From the NCBI GenBank assembly GCA_016710075.1, contig JADJLO010000002.1:59488-123487 (forward strand): DNA of 64,000 nt, in the 5' to 3' direction. The translations under genes were made by a program, and so were the position numbers. The DNA comes from Acidobacteriota bacterium (GTDB lineage Bacteria; Acidobacteriota; Blastocatellia; RBC074). The notes beneath the pieces are model-generated. The model was not told the DNA's origin. It searched no databases and saw only the letters and a list, made by a program, of their open reading frames with translations. Of the stretch, positions 25,195-42,062 are shown piece after piece (the first letter of the stretch is position 1; each line of letters opens with the position of its first letter).

Positions 25195-25513
25195 AAGCTG
25201 TTCCCCCTGGTTGAAAAAAAGTGTCCGGGCACGATTGAGTCGCCAAAGATCGGCGATTATACATCCTTCTGAAAAAAATACCGGCAATTAATTGTTCTTA
25301 AAATCGCATCGGCGATGGCCGATCGCTGGGTAACTGGGAAATTGTTGAAATCATTAAACCGGTCAAATGTTATGGTCACCCGCTTGTTTTATTGGTTTAC
25401 GGGCATTAAACTCCACAGAATCGGATGAAGGGGCGGGTTAAAAGGTATTTATCAACAGTAAAAATCAAAGGGATCCTGCAAGGGATTCGGTAATTTCAAG
25501 GAGACAGTAAGAT

Positions 25514-26248
<735 letters not shown>

Positions 26249-26270
26249 CCTGCACGAACTGATAGTCAAT

Positions 26271-26304
26271 AAAGCCGGTGGTTTCGCAAGAGATCACCGG
26301 CTTT
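26271..26304 (+). terminator. Putative intrinsic terminator hairpin
   Basis: AAAGCCGGTG ... CACCGGCTTT directly after the stop at 26248. Confidence 0.6.
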
Positions 26305-26362
26305 AAATTTAGCTGAGCGCATCATTCATCCTGTCTAATCTAATCACTCCGGGAGGTCAGCC

Positions 26363-27265
26363 GTGAAAATTAAATCCTTTATTACCCTGGTTTTTTTGTG
26401 TGCGGTGATTTTGGTAGTTTCAACCAGTGCGCAGGCGCAGCTATCAGAGACGGCTGCCTGGGCTTCGACGCTGCGTTATCGCATTGTGCCCAATGTGACA
26501 TACATTACGGCAAACAACTTCGATGCGAAGTTGGATATCTACACGCCGCAGGGAGTCGCGGCCCCTGTTCCCACGCTGATCTACATTCATGGAGGAGGCT
26601 GGGTCGGAGGCAACAAGGAGGGCGCGTTACTGAATATTCTTCCCTATCTTGAAATGGGATGGGCTGTGGTGAATGTTCAGTACAGGCTTGCGCGGATCTC
26701 GCTTGCTCCGGCAGCAGTCGAAGATTGTCGCTGTGCTCTTCGCTGGGTTATTCGAAATGCGAAGGAGTACAATTTCGATGTCAACAAGCTCGTTGTATCG
26801 GGGCATTCAGCCGGAGGGCATCTGTCGCTGACTACGGGTATGTTGCCCGCTTCAGCCGGGCTCGATCGCGAGTGTTACGGCACGGAAGATCTCAAGGTGG
26901 CCGCGATCATCAACTGGTTTGGGATCACCGACGTTAACGACCTGCTCGAAGGGCCGAATTTGAAATCGTATGCGGTTCAATGGTTGAGCAGCCTGCCTAA
27001 TCGCGAAGATGTCGCAAAACGGGTCTCGCCGATCCATTATGTCCGTGCCGGATTGCCTCCAATCCTGACGATTCACGGTGACGCCGATCCGACCGTGCCT
27101 TATGCTCATGGCGTCAAATTGCACGAAGCGCTCACTAAAGCGGGCGTGCCTAACCAGCTTCTGACGATTCCCGGCGGCAAGCACGGCGGATTTACGAAGG
27201 AAGAGAGTCTGAAGATTTTCGCAGCCATTCAGGAATTCCTGAAGAAACAGGGGATCACAAAGTAG
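26363..27265 (+). CDS. Secreted alpha/beta hydrolase (BD-FAE/HSL-like esterase)
   Basis: HGGGW, GHSAGG, IHGDAD and GGKHG catalytic motifs. Confidence 0.9.
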   Translation: MKIKSFITLVFLCAVILVVSTSAQAQLSETAAWASTLRYRIVPNVTYITANNFDAKLDIYTPQGVAAPVPTLIYIHGGGWVGGNKEGALLNILPYLEMGWAVVNVQYRLARISLAPAAVEDCRCALRWVIRNAKEYNFDVNKLVVSGHSAGGHLSLTTGMLPASAGLDRECYGTEDLKVAAIINWFGITDVNDLLEGPNLKSYAVQWLSSLPNREDVAKRVSPIHYVRAGLPPILTIHGDADPTVPYAHGVKLHEALTKAGVPNQLLTIPGGKHGGFTKEESLKIFAAIQEFLKKQGITK

Positions 27266-27296
27266 GTTTGCAGATTTTTGGAGCCGGAAGGAAATT

Positions 27297-28955
27297 ATGA
27301 AAACAGCACATTTGATTCGAGCGTCAATAACAGTCATCGCCCTGGCCATGCCGGCGCTGGCTCAGGACAATACGCAGGTTTGCCACACGCCAATCGTGAC
27401 CAAGGCCTCGACTGCAAAGGCGGTCATGAACGAAGGATACGGCAAGGTCAATTTCAAAGTGACGACCGGTTCTGCGGAAGCACAGGCATTTTTTAACCAG
27501 GGGCTGGCTCTGCTGCATTCATTCTGGGCCTACGAAGCGGACAAGTCATTTGAGCGTGCGGCGCAGCTCGACCCGGAATGTGCCATGGCGCAATGGGGAA
27601 TTGCGATGGCTGCGGTCAATGACGTCCGCCGCGATCAGGCGATCAAGCGGGCCAAAGAGCTTCTCGCGAAAGCAAGCGATCACGAAAAGCTATACATCTC
27701 CGCGGTTGAAGCCCGCTACCTCGGCGAAAAAACAAATGTGCAGAATAACGGGTTTCTCGGCGCGAGTGAGCCTTACAAGCAGGCTTTGAGAAAGATCGTC
27801 GCTCTCTATCCGCAGGACAATGAAGCCAGGCTTTTTCTGGCGCTGGCTTTGATGTCGGGGTATGAGCGTGATGGAACGCCGCGACCGGGGACGATCGAGG
27901 CCGTCTCGTTGCTGCAGAATGTTCTGGCAAAGGATTCGAATCATCTGGCCGCGCATCATTACATGATCCACGCGACTGAATCGGGCAGGCGCCCCCAGGA
28001 TGGAGTCCCCTCTGCGGATGTTTACGGTTCGCTCGCTCCGAAAGTCGGCCACGCAGTCCACATGCCCGGCCACACCTATGTTCATGTGGATCGATGGGAT
28101 GATGCCGCCCGGGCCTTTGAGGGATCAGCGGAGGTCGATCGCGCCTACATCCGCGACAACAAGGAAACGACCGATCACGCCGCCGGCCCGTATGGCCACA
28201 ATGTTCATTTCCTTTCCATGGTCTACGGTTATCAGGGCCGCTATCGTGACGCTCTTAAGGCCGGCCTTGAACTGCTCGACGCGACTAACAAACCGGGTGA
28301 GGAGAAATCCAGAACGGCATTCGAAGGACGCATTTCAGTCATGCGCACCCTCGTGCGATTCGAAAAGTGGGATGAGATCCTCAACGGCACGCTTCCGAAT
28401 GAAGGTCAGTTCGAGACTTTCAAAGCATGGCGTTATTACGCCGAAGCTCTGGCCAAAGCAGGCAAGGGCGATCTGGCCGGCGCTCGCACACATCTCGATC
28501 TGCTCGAACGCGAGATCGCATGGGTCAAGGACAGATTCTCGAAATTGAAAGACATTCCGCAGGCCGCGAGGCAGAAACTTCAGATGCGCGCTCTGGATGT
28601 CACGCCATATGATATCCGCTCCCGCATTCTGGCTCGCGAGGGCAAGGCGGAAGATGCCCTGGCAATGGTCAGAAAAGCCATCGAAGAAGAGATCAAGCTG
28701 GGTTATTCCGAGCCGCCGCTCTACCCGGTTCCAATGGAAGAAGTGGCCGGCAAACTCGCCGTCGATTTGAAGCGCTGGGCTGAGGCAGAAGAGTTCTTCC
28801 AGGCCGCACTCGATCGCGATCCCGGCAGCGGACGCGCCTACCTCGGCCTCATGCAGGCTCAGCAGGCCCTGGGCAAGGACGCCGCCGCCCGTGACTCGTA
28901 CGCCAAATTCGTCAAGGCATGGTCAAAGGCCGATACCGATCTGACCCGGAAATGA
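27297..28955 (+). CDS. Secreted TPR-repeat protein
   Basis: AQAFFNQGLALLHSFW, HLAAHHYMIHATE and HAVHMPGHTY; TPR helices throughout. Confidence 0.8.
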   Translation: MKTAHLIRASITVIALAMPALAQDNTQVCHTPIVTKASTAKAVMNEGYGKVNFKVTTGSAEAQAFFNQGLALLHSFWAYEADKSFERAAQLDPECAMAQWGIAMAAVNDVRRDQAIKRAKELLAKASDHEKLYISAVEARYLGEKTNVQNNGFLGASEPYKQALRKIVALYPQDNEARLFLALALMSGYERDGTPRPGTIEAVSLLQNVLAKDSNHLAAHHYMIHATESGRRPQDGVPSADVYGSLAPKVGHAVHMPGHTYVHVDRWDDAARAFEGSAEVDRAYIRDNKETTDHAAGPYGHNVHFLSMVYGYQGRYRDALKAGLELLDATNKPGEEKSRTAFEGRISVMRTLVRFEKWDEILNGTLPNEGQFETFKAWRYYAEALAKAGKGDLAGARTHLDLLEREIAWVKDRFSKLKDIPQAARQKLQMRALDVTPYDIRSRILAREGKAEDALAMVRKAIEEEIKLGYSEPPLYPVPMEEVAGKLAVDLKRWAEAEEFFQAALDRDPGSGRAYLGLMQAQQALGKDAAARDSYAKFVKAWSKADTDLTRK

Positions 28956-28979
28956 GAATAACGAAACAGGGGAAGACAA

Positions 28980-29120
28980 GATTACGAAACAGACGAAATA
29001 AACGAAACAGACGAAAAAAATTTTAGAGGGTTAATTAACCAATCTTTCAGATGGTATCTCCAAATGAAACGACGTTTTACCCATTTTTCCCCTCGAAATT
29101 TTTTCGTCTGTTTCGTAATC
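28980..29120. repeat. ACGAAA-type terminal-inverted-repeat element, copy 1
   Basis: GATTACGAAACAGACGAAATAAACGAAACAGACGAAAAAAATTT ... AAATTTTTTCGTCTGTTTCGTAATC. Confidence 0.8.
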
Positions 29121-29147
29121 TGTCTTTGCGTGATCTTGTCTTTTGTC

Positions 29148-29990
29148 TTACTGTGAGTTGAAGTCGGTGGCCCGCCGAAAGGCTTCAACCGTCTTGCCGT
29201 CCTTCTTCGTTCCGCGGCCTTTGAGATATTCCACGAGCTTCCCTAAATCTTTAGAATCCCAATCGGGACGGTATTTGTTGATCGAAGGTTCGAACTGGCT
29301 GACGTGTTTGGTGATGGCTTTGATCTTCTGGTCAACCACGCTGGAGATGTCCACCCAATAATTGGCTTCGGTGGCGGAGTAATAGAACATGATCAGCGGG
29401 ACTTTGTAAGGCTTGAGCCCGTCAACCAGCAGATGGTCGGGATAGTAGAGATGGAACTCCGCCGCGCGAATCGCATCTGCCGTGTTGAATCCGGCCATGC
29501 GATGATCGGTCTTGTGCCAGCGTTCGTACCATTCGCCCGGATCAACGCTGAAAACCACGTCGGGACGATGCTGACGAATCAGCTTTGCCGCCTGGCCGCA
29601 CAAAGCTTTTGGTTCGGCGTATTCCAGTTCACCGTCGTTATAGCCCATCCAGATGATGTTGGTTTTTGGAATGCCAATGACCTCCATCGCGTCTTCTTCT
29701 CCAGCTTTGCGACTGCGAGCCAGGCGCTCGCTGGTCATCTCGAGATCGAACGAGCCTTTGTTGTCGTTTGTGTAGATGACTACGATGATCTTGTTGCCGT
29801 TCTTTGCCAGTAATGCCAGAGTGCCACCGCAACCGAAGACGTCATCGTCGGGATGCGGCGTGAAGACCATGATGGTCTTGCCGCGCCACTGTTCGACCCT
29901 CTCCTGGGCGATCACTGATCCCGAGGAAATTACCGCAACCCACAAAACCATAGTGCCGATCAACGTTCGTTTCATATCAATTCCTTTCAT
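29148..29990 (-). CDS. Secreted PIG-L/LmbE family deacetylase
   Basis: [21 protein letters not shown] and HVSQ motifs; signal peptide. Confidence 0.88.
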   Translation of the reverse strand: MKGIDMKRTLIGTMVLWVAVISSGSVIAQERVEQWRGKTIMVFTPHPDDDVFGCGGTLALLAKNGNKIIVVIYTNDNKGSFDLEMTSERLARSRKAGEEDAMEVIGIPKTNIIWMGYNDGELEYAEPKALCGQAAKLIRQHRPDVVFSVDPGEWYERWHKTDHRMAGFNTADAIRAAEFHLYYPDHLLVDGLKPYKVPLIMFYYSATEANYWVDISSVVDQKIKAITKHVSQFEPSINKYRPDWDSKDLGKLVEYLKGRGTKKDGKTVEAFRRATDFNSQ

Positions 29991-31333
29991 TGTTCCGGCT
30001 TGTCCCTGAGCATCCCGAGGAGCCGGTAGATCTGGATCAGGCCGCGATCGACCATGCGTTCGCCGGCCCCGACTTCGACTCTGGTTGTGATGGTATCCGC
30101 ACCGTAGCCGCCCGCTGCGGCATCACGGATCGTTGGGAAGTAGGCGATGTAGCCGTTGGTGTATCCGGTCATAAAAGTCGCAGGAAGCGGGGATCGCTGT
30201 TTGAGCGAAAGCTGCAGGCCTACGAATGGTTCGCCCGGCAGCCCGACGATCGCAATTTTGCGGTTGATCACGAGTGTCGTCACCGGCGCCATGAGCGGAT
30301 CGTTGAGATAACGCCTGTATCTGGTGATGATGTTCGGGCCGTATGCTTTGACCAGCATGCCTTTGAGTTTTTCAGGGTCCCATCTGTTCTTGAAGCTCAT
30401 CTCTTCAGAAATGATCGAGATTTCCGGTGCGGCCGCTGGCTCCGTATTGATAGTCCGGCTGACGCGGACGACTTCACGGCCTATCTGACGGCCGACGCGT
30501 CGCATCTCTTCGTCGGCATTCTCCTTGAGCGGGGTCTTGTCGAGCATTGGATTGATATCGCCGGGCGCGCCCTGAAGAAAGAAGCAGACGGGTTTGTTGT
30601 CAAAGCTTTCTTCAACCAGTCTGGCCATCTCACCCGGATAATCGGCCGAGTAGCGAAGGTTGTCGGGGCCGAAGACCACGGGATGGCAGGCGTAGTTGAC
30701 TAAGATCGCCATCGGGATTCCCTGGGAATCGTCGACGCGGATGACGCCGACTGCCGGATCGATCGGGTATGTCGTCTGACCAGTGCTGTTGCGCCACAGC
30801 ATCTTTACGGTTCCGTCGGTCTGAACCAGTCGCCGGTTGTGGCCGATTATCGTCTGACCGTAACCGGTGCCGATGCGGGCAGGCTTCATACGGCTGCGGG
30901 CCTCTCCAATCGCCTGAGAAATCCTGTCGAGTGCGCGACGCTCCCATTCGGGAAGGGTGTCATTCTCGTAATCCTCGTCGATGACCGGTCCCGAATGCGT
31001 ATGCGAAGCGATGAAGATCACGTCGCTGATCCGGTGTTCGCGGCGAACCCGCTCCCTGACCAGATTCATCTGCGCCTGTCCGAATGTCCGCCCCAGGTCG
31101 AGCGTCACCAGCGCCACGGCGCTCCTGCCGTCATCAAGAACCAGTACGCGGGCATAAAGCGGATCGAGCGTCGAGACCGCAGGCCCTGTCCGGTTCGAAT
31201 ATCCCCAGAGTTCCACGCCTGGAGACGGCGTAATATCGGCGCGCGATACACCCGCCGTCAGACTTCGCGTTTGTGCCGCAACCGCCAGAGCTGAAACGGT
31301 CAGCAGAAATATTATCGAGATAATTCTGGTCAT
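29987..31333 (-). CDS. Neutral/alkaline ceramidase-like amidohydrolase, paralog 1
   Basis: [40 protein letters not shown] and QGAPGDINP. Confidence 0.82.
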   Translation of the reverse strand: MTRIISIIFLLTVSALAVAAQTRSLTAGVSRADITPSPGVELWGYSNRTGPAVSTLDPLYARVLVLDDGRSAVALVTLDLGRTFGQAQMNLVRERVRREHRISDVIFIASHTHSGPVIDEDYENDTLPEWERRALDRISQAIGEARSRMKPARIGTGYGQTIIGHNRRLVQTDGTVKMLWRNSTGQTTYPIDPAVGVIRVDDSQGIPMAILVNYACHPVVFGPDNLRYSADYPGEMARLVEESFDNKPVCFFLQGAPGDINPMLDKTPLKENADEEMRRVGRQIGREVVRVSRTINTEPAAAPEISIISEEMSFKNRWDPEKLKGMLVKAYGPNIITRYRRYLNDPLMAPVTTLVINRKIAIVGLPGEPFVGLQLSLKQRSPLPATFMTGYTNGYIAYFPTIRDAAAGGYGADTITTRVEVGAGERMVDRGLIQIYRLLGMLRDKPEQ

Positions 31334-31347
31334 AGATTTTTGTTGCG

Positions 31348-32628
31348 CTAATTAACCGAGGGCTCACCTTTGAGCTTGCCCAGAAATTGAAAAATTTTGA
31401 CGATGGCGCGGTCGACCATCGACTCACCGGCTCCAACCTCGAGTCGTGTGTTGTAGCCGGCGCCGTAACCGCCCTCCACGGCGGCGCGAATGGTTGGAAT
31501 GTATCCGACCCATTCGCCTCCCGCGCTGTAGGTGTAGCCGAAAAGAAAAGTGTTGGGTATCTCGGACTTATCGCGCAAAGCGATCTGCAGATCCACGAAA
31601 GGCTCGCCGGGCATTGTGGCAATGGCTATGTCGTTGTTGATCATGAGAGTCGTCAGTCCCGCTCGGACTTTCTTCCGATCATCCCATCGATCGCGGTATT
31701 CGACGACCTCTGAAGCCGCTTTAATCGCGGCATTGGGTGCCGCTTTGGGTTTGAGTCTGCGGGTCACTTTCAAAGCCTCTTCAGCCAGCGCCAGCCCCAT
31801 CTTCTCCGCTTCTCCAAACCCGTTCTGACTGACAGGCTGCTTGTCGAGATAAGGATTGATGTCTCCCGCGCCTCCCTGAATGAAAAGGCAGAGGGCGCCG
31901 GGGAAATCCTTTTCGATTTTGCGGGCCATGTAGCCGGGATAGTCCGCCGAGATGGCTAAGTTGTCCGGGCCGAGGATCACCGCGTGGCAGGCATAATTGA
32001 CCAGTACGGCGCGGGGAGTCCCCGTCTGATCGTCGATCCGGATGACTCCAACGGTCGGGTCAATCGGACTTGTCGGAACCTTTTCGGCATTGCGCCAGAG
32101 CATGGTCGTTTTGCCCGATTCGTCAACTTTTCTGCGGTTGTGGCCAAGATAGATCTCACCGCTGCCGGCGGCAATGCGGGCTGGGAACATCTTTGCGGAT
32201 GCCTCCTCAATGGCGTTGATAATCCTGTCCTCTGTCCCCGCAAACCATGATTTGTCGGAACTCGGCCAGCTTTTGTCCTCCCACGTGAGCGGCCCGGAAT
32301 GGGTGTGTGAAACCGATATCAGTACATGATCGGCCAGCCCGCGCTCTCTGGTGATTCTGACAATACGCTCGGATGGAAAAGAGCGCAGATCACAGGCTAC
32401 TATCGCAACGGTCGTTCCTCCGGCTCTGAGCACGACCACGGTCGCATAGAGCGGGTCGTGGACGCCTTTGGATGGTCCCGGCCGGAAGTTATAGCCTCCC
32501 ATCGCATAGCCGGCAGGAGGCGTTATTTCCACACGCCCAACGCCGGCGCTCAGATCGCCCCCCTTTGCTAACCCTCCGGATGCCAGACAGAGAAACGTCG
32601 TCATCAGGACGAGCCGGAAAATATTCAT
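31348..32628 (-). CDS. Neutral/alkaline ceramidase-like amidohydrolase, paralog 2
   Basis: [35 protein letters not shown] and QGGAGDINP. Confidence 0.82.
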   Translation of the reverse strand: MNIFRLVLMTTFLCLASGGLAKGGDLSAGVGRVEITPPAGYAMGGYNFRPGPSKGVHDPLYATVVVLRAGGTTVAIVACDLRSFPSERIVRITRERGLADHVLISVSHTHSGPLTWEDKSWPSSDKSWFAGTEDRIINAIEEASAKMFPARIAAGSGEIYLGHNRRKVDESGKTTMLWRNAEKVPTSPIDPTVGVIRIDDQTGTPRAVLVNYACHAVILGPDNLAISADYPGYMARKIEKDFPGALCLFIQGGAGDINPYLDKQPVSQNGFGEAEKMGLALAEEALKVTRRLKPKAAPNAAIKAASEVVEYRDRWDDRKKVRAGLTTLMINNDIAIATMPGEPFVDLQIALRDKSEIPNTFLFGYTYSAGGEWVGYIPTIRAAVEGGYGAGYNTRLEVGAGESMVDRAIVKIFQFLGKLKGEPSVN

Positions 32629-32700
32629 TACTTTCAGCTCCTCAATTCGATCGTTCGATTTTTTTGTTTTGGTGAAACTTCTGAAGAAGGAAAAAACTGC

Positions 32701-35667
<2,967 letters not shown>

Positions 35668-35961
35668 TTATCTTTTTGTTCTCCAATCTCCAGAGAGGCT
35701 GGCGAGTCAATAATTTAAAGACTGGTTGTTAAAGTTTATCAGCAACTATTGTTCCAGCTTTATTCTGACGGCCGGGAACCGGTTTGAAATGGTTCTGTTC
35801 GCGCTTATTTCCTTCATTTTCAACAAATTGGTCTTTACGGTGTTGAAAAAGATCCAGGTTTGATCGGCCTATTTGGTTCATAAATTTGAATATGAGATTT
35901 CGAAATATGGATTTTTTCCAAAAAACCGTATTCAATTCCTGATCTCAATTCCTGATCATCT

Positions 35962-37797
35962 CTACCACCTGAAAGCGACGCCGCCCCTGAGCGACCTTCT
36001 CGAACTTGCCGCCAGGATCTGATTCAGACCGTCCTCCGCGCCTCTGGTCTGATCGAGCAGATTTCGAATATCGACCAGAGCCTGCCAGCGAACGGGCAAT
36101 CCGAAATTCGGCAGATCCTGTGTCACATAGATATTGATATTCGGATCGTAGACGCTCATGCGTCCGGCAAATGGATCAATAGCGAAGACCACAGCCGACG
36201 GAGAGAACCTGATGACGGTTGAAATATGAGTTCCGGTCTCATGCGTGAAATCGAGATCGATCTTCGCTGTGGCTACCTGGAAATAGCCCCCTCTGAACAT
36301 CCGCGCCGGAGTCAGCATGTCGTGCGAACCCGAATTGAATTTCGACCCTCGCCCGAGACTGACGCCGACTGAGGCGGACAGGTGATCGCCGAGGCTGCGC
36401 TTGTACATCAGCCGCGCTCCGCGGGCGGCTCCATTCATGGCGATGATCTGATGAGCGACCTGCTGGAATGCCATCTGGGTGTCGGGAGAGGCTTCCAGCG
36501 GAAGTGCAAGGATGCCGACTCCATGGCCGGAAACAATGTCATAGAAGGCGGAAGCTTCGATCGAGGACTCGCCATTGCCGAAAATCTTTTCAATGCCCGT
36601 TTCATAGCGCCGGCTTCGGTCATGAACCGGCCTGTCTGTAAAAGCTATCTCGGGCGTCGTGGTCTCAAAACCGGCCTGAATGTTTTCAGTGTTGAAACTC
36701 TCCAGAGATTGTTGCCTCTGGTTGACGGCCGTCGTGATTCCGGCATTTATCCGGGTTCTGGCTGTCGGAGAATACTGAACCGCAAATCGCGGCAGGAAGC
36801 TGTCGCTTTGTCTGAAATTCGGGCTGATGAAGCGGGAATAGTCGAATCCGTAGATGACCAGCAGCGGCTGGAAAGCCTGTCATGATCCTGTCGCCGAGAC
36901 CGAGACCTGATCGAGTGACACCTGCCCCAAAGGATTGACCGATTTATTGTCATTGCCGGCAAAAGTCGTCAGCCTGGCATTTGCAGTTGCCGTCGGATCG
37001 GGGTTCCTCCCTCCGAAAGCGATTTGCCCGTAACCGAAGATGGCGGTCACCTGATGCCTGTCTGACGGTCGCATCGAAGCAATCGCCGAGAATCTCTGCG
37101 GAGCGATGAAGCCGGCCCCGCGCTGGCCGATCAACGCCATTTCCAGGTTGTTCCCAAATGTGCCGGAAACCGCGAAATTTGCGCCATACGAATCGGATCC
37201 GGAACTGCCGCCCGGTCCGTTTGAGCTGGAAGCAATGAACTGAGCCATGCCGTGAAAGGTCGGCTTGGGCGAATTGAGCCTGTTTTCGAGGCGGGCCGCC
37301 AGTGATTCGTTGACGGGGACCGTGTCGCTGGTGGAGTCTTCACGAAGATTCAATACATGACGCGGCACGCTGCGAGCCACCCAGCGATAGTCGTCGCTGT
37401 CGCCACGCTTGTCGACCAGCGTGTCCGTGCGTCTGAGAGCGAAGTCGTAGGTCACTCTGACCGGCCGATCAAGGTTGACCCGAGTGAGCATCGAGGCGAA
37501 ACCTTCTGCCGCAGCCCGGATTCGATAGATCCCCGGCACGATATTCACCGAGAACCTGCCCTTGTTATCGGTCTTGATGCTTCTGATCTCCTTGCCGCGC
37601 GGCTGAGATTCGAGCAGCGAAACTAAGGCTCCAGCCAGTGGCAGGCCGTGCTCGTCCCTGACGCTGCCCGTGATCATGGCAAACGCAGGAGATGCCTCGA
37701 CTATTCCTGAATACTGGCCGCTCCCCGGCTGTGTTGATGTGAACGCAAGCGTACTCATCAGGCAGCCGGCTATCAGAAGATTTACCGCTGTTTTCAT
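35962..37797 (-). CDS. Carboxypeptidase-regulatory-like N-domain + outer-membrane beta-barrel protein, with in-frame TGA at 36880-36882
   Basis: [18 protein letters not shown] (CarboxypepD_reg). The frame continues without a shift after TGA ([16 protein letters not shown]) into the 35962-36474 ORF and ends in the barrel-type C-terminus VAFRW. Confidence 0.72.
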
Positions 37798-38248
37798 AAG
37801 TCTTCCACCTCTCGTTTGCCTGCCTGCCGGGAAACGCCCGATCCGGCTGTTGCAAAGGGTTAAAAGGAGGCTTTGATGGGGGTAGTTTTACTATCTCGAT
37901 TTTTTCGTTTTCTATATCCCAGTGCTTGCATGCTTATCATGACAATCCGCATGCAATAAAGCTCGTCAGATTTTCGTTTAATGGCAGGTGCGTGTCAAGG
38001 CAAATTCAGGGCTAATGCTTGCCAGAAAAAGCCCACGAAAAGTAACGTAATTGCTCGCCATTTGAGGGCCTCCGTTGCGGAAAGTATTCAGTTTTTGTTG
38101 CAATGGGCTCTGGGCCCTCTTTTTTGGTTGAGGGGGGGGGGGGGGGGGGCGGGGCCTGGGGCGGGGCCGGGGCGGCCGGCCGGGGCGCCGCGTCGGTATC
38201 GGTAAAAGTTCAAGGTTTAAAGTTCAAAGAGGAGTTGCCGTTGCCGAG

Positions 38249-39532
38249 TTACTGCTTCTGAGTCGATGATCCGACGGAAGCCCTGGTTTTTCCGGAAGGT
38301 TTGGATGAAGGATCGTTTGGTGTCCGATGTCTTGCCCGGTGGAGGATGCGGGTTTGATGAGGAGAGAGCATTTCATAGTCTATGCCCCGCCATGTGATTC
38401 TTTTCGATCCGGCAGACTGAATGACGTTGAAGAGGTAGAGCAGGGAAGCCACAGGGCCGAGGAGCAAAAACGCCCACGAGTTTCGCCTGATAACGGCGCC
38501 CTGCGGGGCCATCATGCGAACAGCGGCGGAATGCCTGATTGCGCCGTTGATCGCACCCAGCAGGAAGATGCCTCCGGTCAGGGAGGCGAGCAAGGGGTTG
38601 AAGTGCCCTCTCAAGCCGGAAACCGCCATCCAGATTATTCCTCCCCAAAAGGCAAGGTTGAAAAGACCGTGAGTGATCCCGGTGAAGATCCACACCTTCG
38701 GGGAGTAGACCCGGGTAATCCTCATCTGCCTGGTGGTGAATTCGAGCAATTCGGCGAGCGAAGCGTTGGTGAAAGAGGCAAGCAGGCCATTGGGCACAAA
38801 GGTTATGCGCTGCCCGGCTTCACGGATGGCCGCCGTCACGACGTAATCGTCGCTCAATGCGCCCTGCCACCTGCGTTTGATGGCCAGCTTTTCAAAATTT
38901 TCGCGCCGGATTGCCGTCGATCCACCCCACGTAAAGCCGGAATTTTCGCCGAGCAGGGAGAGTGCGCTGGAGTTCCATACCGCCAGCAGGACCGAGGCCG
39001 GATTGCTTCGATGGCTGACAAACCATCTGAAGCCAGTGGTGGCGCCGACCCTTTTGTCGCCCAGCGGCGCTACCAGGTCGGAGAGCCATTGCCTTGAGGC
39101 CCTGGCGTCTGAATCGGCGAAGACCAGCACCTCCGCCCGGCGATCGATCGTATTGAGCATATCGATTGCCGCGCAAAGATTGTGCACTTTCTGCCCCTGA
39201 TCCTTTGCCTGACCGGCGACCACCAGCCAGGCGGCCCTGCGGCTCTGGTGAATCATTTTGGAGAGCGCCGCGTATGCCGGATCCTTCTCGCTTTCAGTGA
39301 CGAAGATGATCTCGTAATCCCTGTACTCCTGATTGAACAGCGGCTTGATGTTCTCTTCGAAATCGTGTTCGAGACCCTTGCAGGGAACGATGACCACGGC
39401 TTTGGGCTGGTACCTGTTGATCCCCGTCTGACGTTTGCGAAGCGAGAATCGAAGAAGCCTCAGCGTGCCGCCCAGCGCCAGCAGGCTCTGCAGCATAATA
39501 ATCGCGGTTAGAATCAGGAAAAATGTGTCCAT
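38249..39532 (-). CDS. Glycosyltransferase family 2/21 (ceramide glucosyltransferase / HpnI-like)
   Basis: IVPCKG, KVHNL, FADSD, WGGS, LSDD and RQMR; N- and C-terminal TM helices. Confidence 0.85.
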   Translation of the reverse strand: MDTFFLILTAIIMLQSLLALGGTLRLLRFSLRKRQTGINRYQPKAVVIVPCKGLEHDFEENIKPLFNQEYRDYEIIFVTESEKDPAYAALSKMIHQSRRAAWLVVAGQAKDQGQKVHNLCAAIDMLNTIDRRAEVLVFADSDARASRQWLSDLVAPLGDKRVGATTGFRWFVSHRSNPASVLLAVWNSSALSLLGENSGFTWGGSTAIRRENFEKLAIKRRWQGALSDDYVVTAAIREAGQRITFVPNGLLASFTNASLAELLEFTTRQMRITRVYSPKVWIFTGITHGLFNLAFWGGIIWMAVSGLRGHFNPLLASLTGGIFLLGAINGAIRHSAAVRMMAPQGAVIRRNSWAFLLLGPVASLLYLFNVIQSAGSKRITWRGIDYEMLSPHQTRILHRARHRTPNDPSSKPSGKTRASVGSSTQKQ

Positions 39533-39552
39533 AATCAGCAGAAATCAGCAGA

Positions 39553-40836
39553 TCAGGTTGCCGGAATAGCGTCCGCCCGGGGTGAAATTCCATGCTCGAT
39601 CAGCTCGGCAATTCTAACAGGTTCCTCATCGTCGAGTGCAAGCCTTTTCGTTTCAAGTATGAGCCCGGCCATCGATTCCGCCTGATCGCGGAACCGTGCG
39701 TCGCGGGAGATCAGATCTTCGATGACGCGCCTCTCCCGCTCACCTCTCGATACGTGCTCGCTCAGCCCGACGGCCACGGCATATTCGACCGGGAGAGTCT
39801 GATTCCTGACAATCGAAAGCAGCGGGTTGAACTCGCTCTTGATTTCATCCCGGATTTGATTGATCTCCAGCAGCGAATTCTTGAAGCCGAGATGGCCGCG
39901 AAGAGTCAGCTCGACCACCGGTTCGGGCGCCTCAGTCTCATCGGCGTTGTGAGGCTGCATCTCGCTCCGAAGTTGTGCAAAGAGCGACTGGCGAAGCTCT
40001 TCCGGAGTCGCGCGGCCTCCGACATCGAATGTCAGCCGAACCACTTTTCTTTGATGGTACTTCTGCATCAGCCGGGCATTGATCTTTCCGCCCTCGATCT
40101 CCACCAGATAGGCTCCGCGCTCGTTCGCATATTCATCCACGCTGCACGCTTCCAGAGACCCCGGATTAAATACCCAGCCGTCGATTTCGAAATTTTTATG
40201 CGTGTGGCCAAGCGCGAGGTAATCGATGTAATCCTTGAGCTCGTTGATTTTGGCCACCGGAAGGGCAGGTATCGGGCGATTGAGCTGCCCTTCGACATCG
40301 GTGTGCAGCATCATGATGTTGAAGAGTCGCTCGTTGTGGTTGAGCCTGAGCTGGTCGACCAGCAGCGGCAATGCCTGCCCTACAGTCGAACCATACCAGA
40401 TCGAGCCGAAAATCCTGACACCCTCGATGTCGATGAATGATCCCTTGCGCTTCGCCTCGTCCCACGGCTCCAGTGACACGCCGCTCTCTGTATGAACCGG
40501 CTCAAGCAGATTGATGTATCCCCACTGGGAGAGGCTTCTCAGCCAACTGAACCTGTTCTCCGATTCATGGCAATCGTGGTTGCCTTCAATCACCAGAACC
40601 GGGATCCCGGCATCCCGCAGCTTCGTCAGGCAGTACATCGCCTGATTCATGGCCTGTGGCTCAACCTTTCTCGCGTCAAAAAGGTCTCCCGCAATCAACA
40701 CGAATGAGACATCCTCGGCCAGCGCGTATTTCTCAATACAATCCTTCCACGCCATGTAAAAATCCCGGGCGCGTTCCTCGGATCGATATCGCCTGATTCC
40801 CAGATGTATATCCGCTATGTGTAAAAATCTGGTCAT
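39553..40836 (-). CDS. SbcD/Mre11-family metallophosphoesterase DNA exonuclease (no sbcC in window)
   Basis: [27 protein letters not shown] and NPGSLE. Start at MTRFLH; the ORF-track extension runs into a repeat. Confidence 0.87.
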   Translation of the reverse strand: MTRFLHIADIHLGIRRYRSEERARDFYMAWKDCIEKYALAEDVSFVLIAGDLFDARKVEPQAMNQAMYCLTKLRDAGIPVLVIEGNHDCHESENRFSWLRSLSQWGYINLLEPVHTESGVSLEPWDEAKRKGSFIDIEGVRIFGSIWYGSTVGQALPLLVDQLRLNHNERLFNIMMLHTDVEGQLNRPIPALPVAKINELKDYIDYLALGHTHKNFEIDGWVFNPGSLEACSVDEYANERGAYLVEIEGGKINARLMQKYHQRKVVRLTFDVGGRATPEELRQSLFAQLRSEMQPHNADETEAPEPVVELTLRGHLGFKNSLLEINQIRDEIKSEFNPLLSIVRNQTLPVEYAVAVGLSEHVSRGERERRVIEDLISRDARFRDQAESMAGLILETKRLALDDEEPVRIAELIEHGISPRADAIPAT

Positions 40837-40904
40837 AAATGAATGTTCAACAATCGGGATGAAATAAACGGGTGGGAAGTATAGCACGGGGATAATGAAA
40901 CGGA

Positions 40905-41056
40905 GATTACGAAACAAACGAAATAAACGAAACAGACGAAAAATTTCAACCAGACATTGGCCGGGATGTGTCCAATTGGCAAACCTTGAATAATACTGGC
41001 CTCATCAATCGTTGAAATTTTTCGTCTGATTCGTTTATTTCGTTTGTTTCGTAATC
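40905..41056. repeat. ACGAAA-type terminal-inverted-repeat element, copy 2
   Basis: 46-bp IR with one mismatch: 40905-40950 vs 41011-41056. Confidence 0.85.
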
Positions 41057-41171
41057 TTCCTCTTCTTCCCCCGAAAACAGCAAAGGCTGCCGGCATTAGT
41101 ATTAACTGCCTGCAGCCTGTTCTGCTGGGGTGAGGACCCGATTCGCACCATCGTGCAACTGAAGAAACTTG

Positions 41172-41203
<32 letters not shown>

Positions 41204-41386
41204 TAAAGCGGGAGAAGTCGTTGTTTTGCGGTCTAACCAGAGGGCTCATCGCCGTCTTTAAGCCAACCAGGCGTCGGCTCTTCGGAAACGGCGCGACACG
41301 GCTTGGGACCGTGTCACAGAACTTGAAAATTTTTTGGAATCTTTATTCATTTGTCGCGCTCTACTTGCAGGGTCATCCGGTTATCG

Positions 41387-42062
<676 letters not shown>

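Noticed and set aside
35729-35935. 68-aa minus-strand ORF between the kinase and barrel genes
   Set aside because: AT-rich intergenic composition and no recognisable motif; cannot be supported.
36880-36882. Selenocysteine or genetic-code-4 recoding
   Set aside because: No redox motif or evident SECIS, and TGA ends many normal genes in the window.
38131-38195. Poly-G/GC-only tract as a G-quadruplex element
   Set aside because: An abrupt ~19-G run plus GC-only sequence in an assembly with many homopolymer errors is more likely a low-quality artefact.
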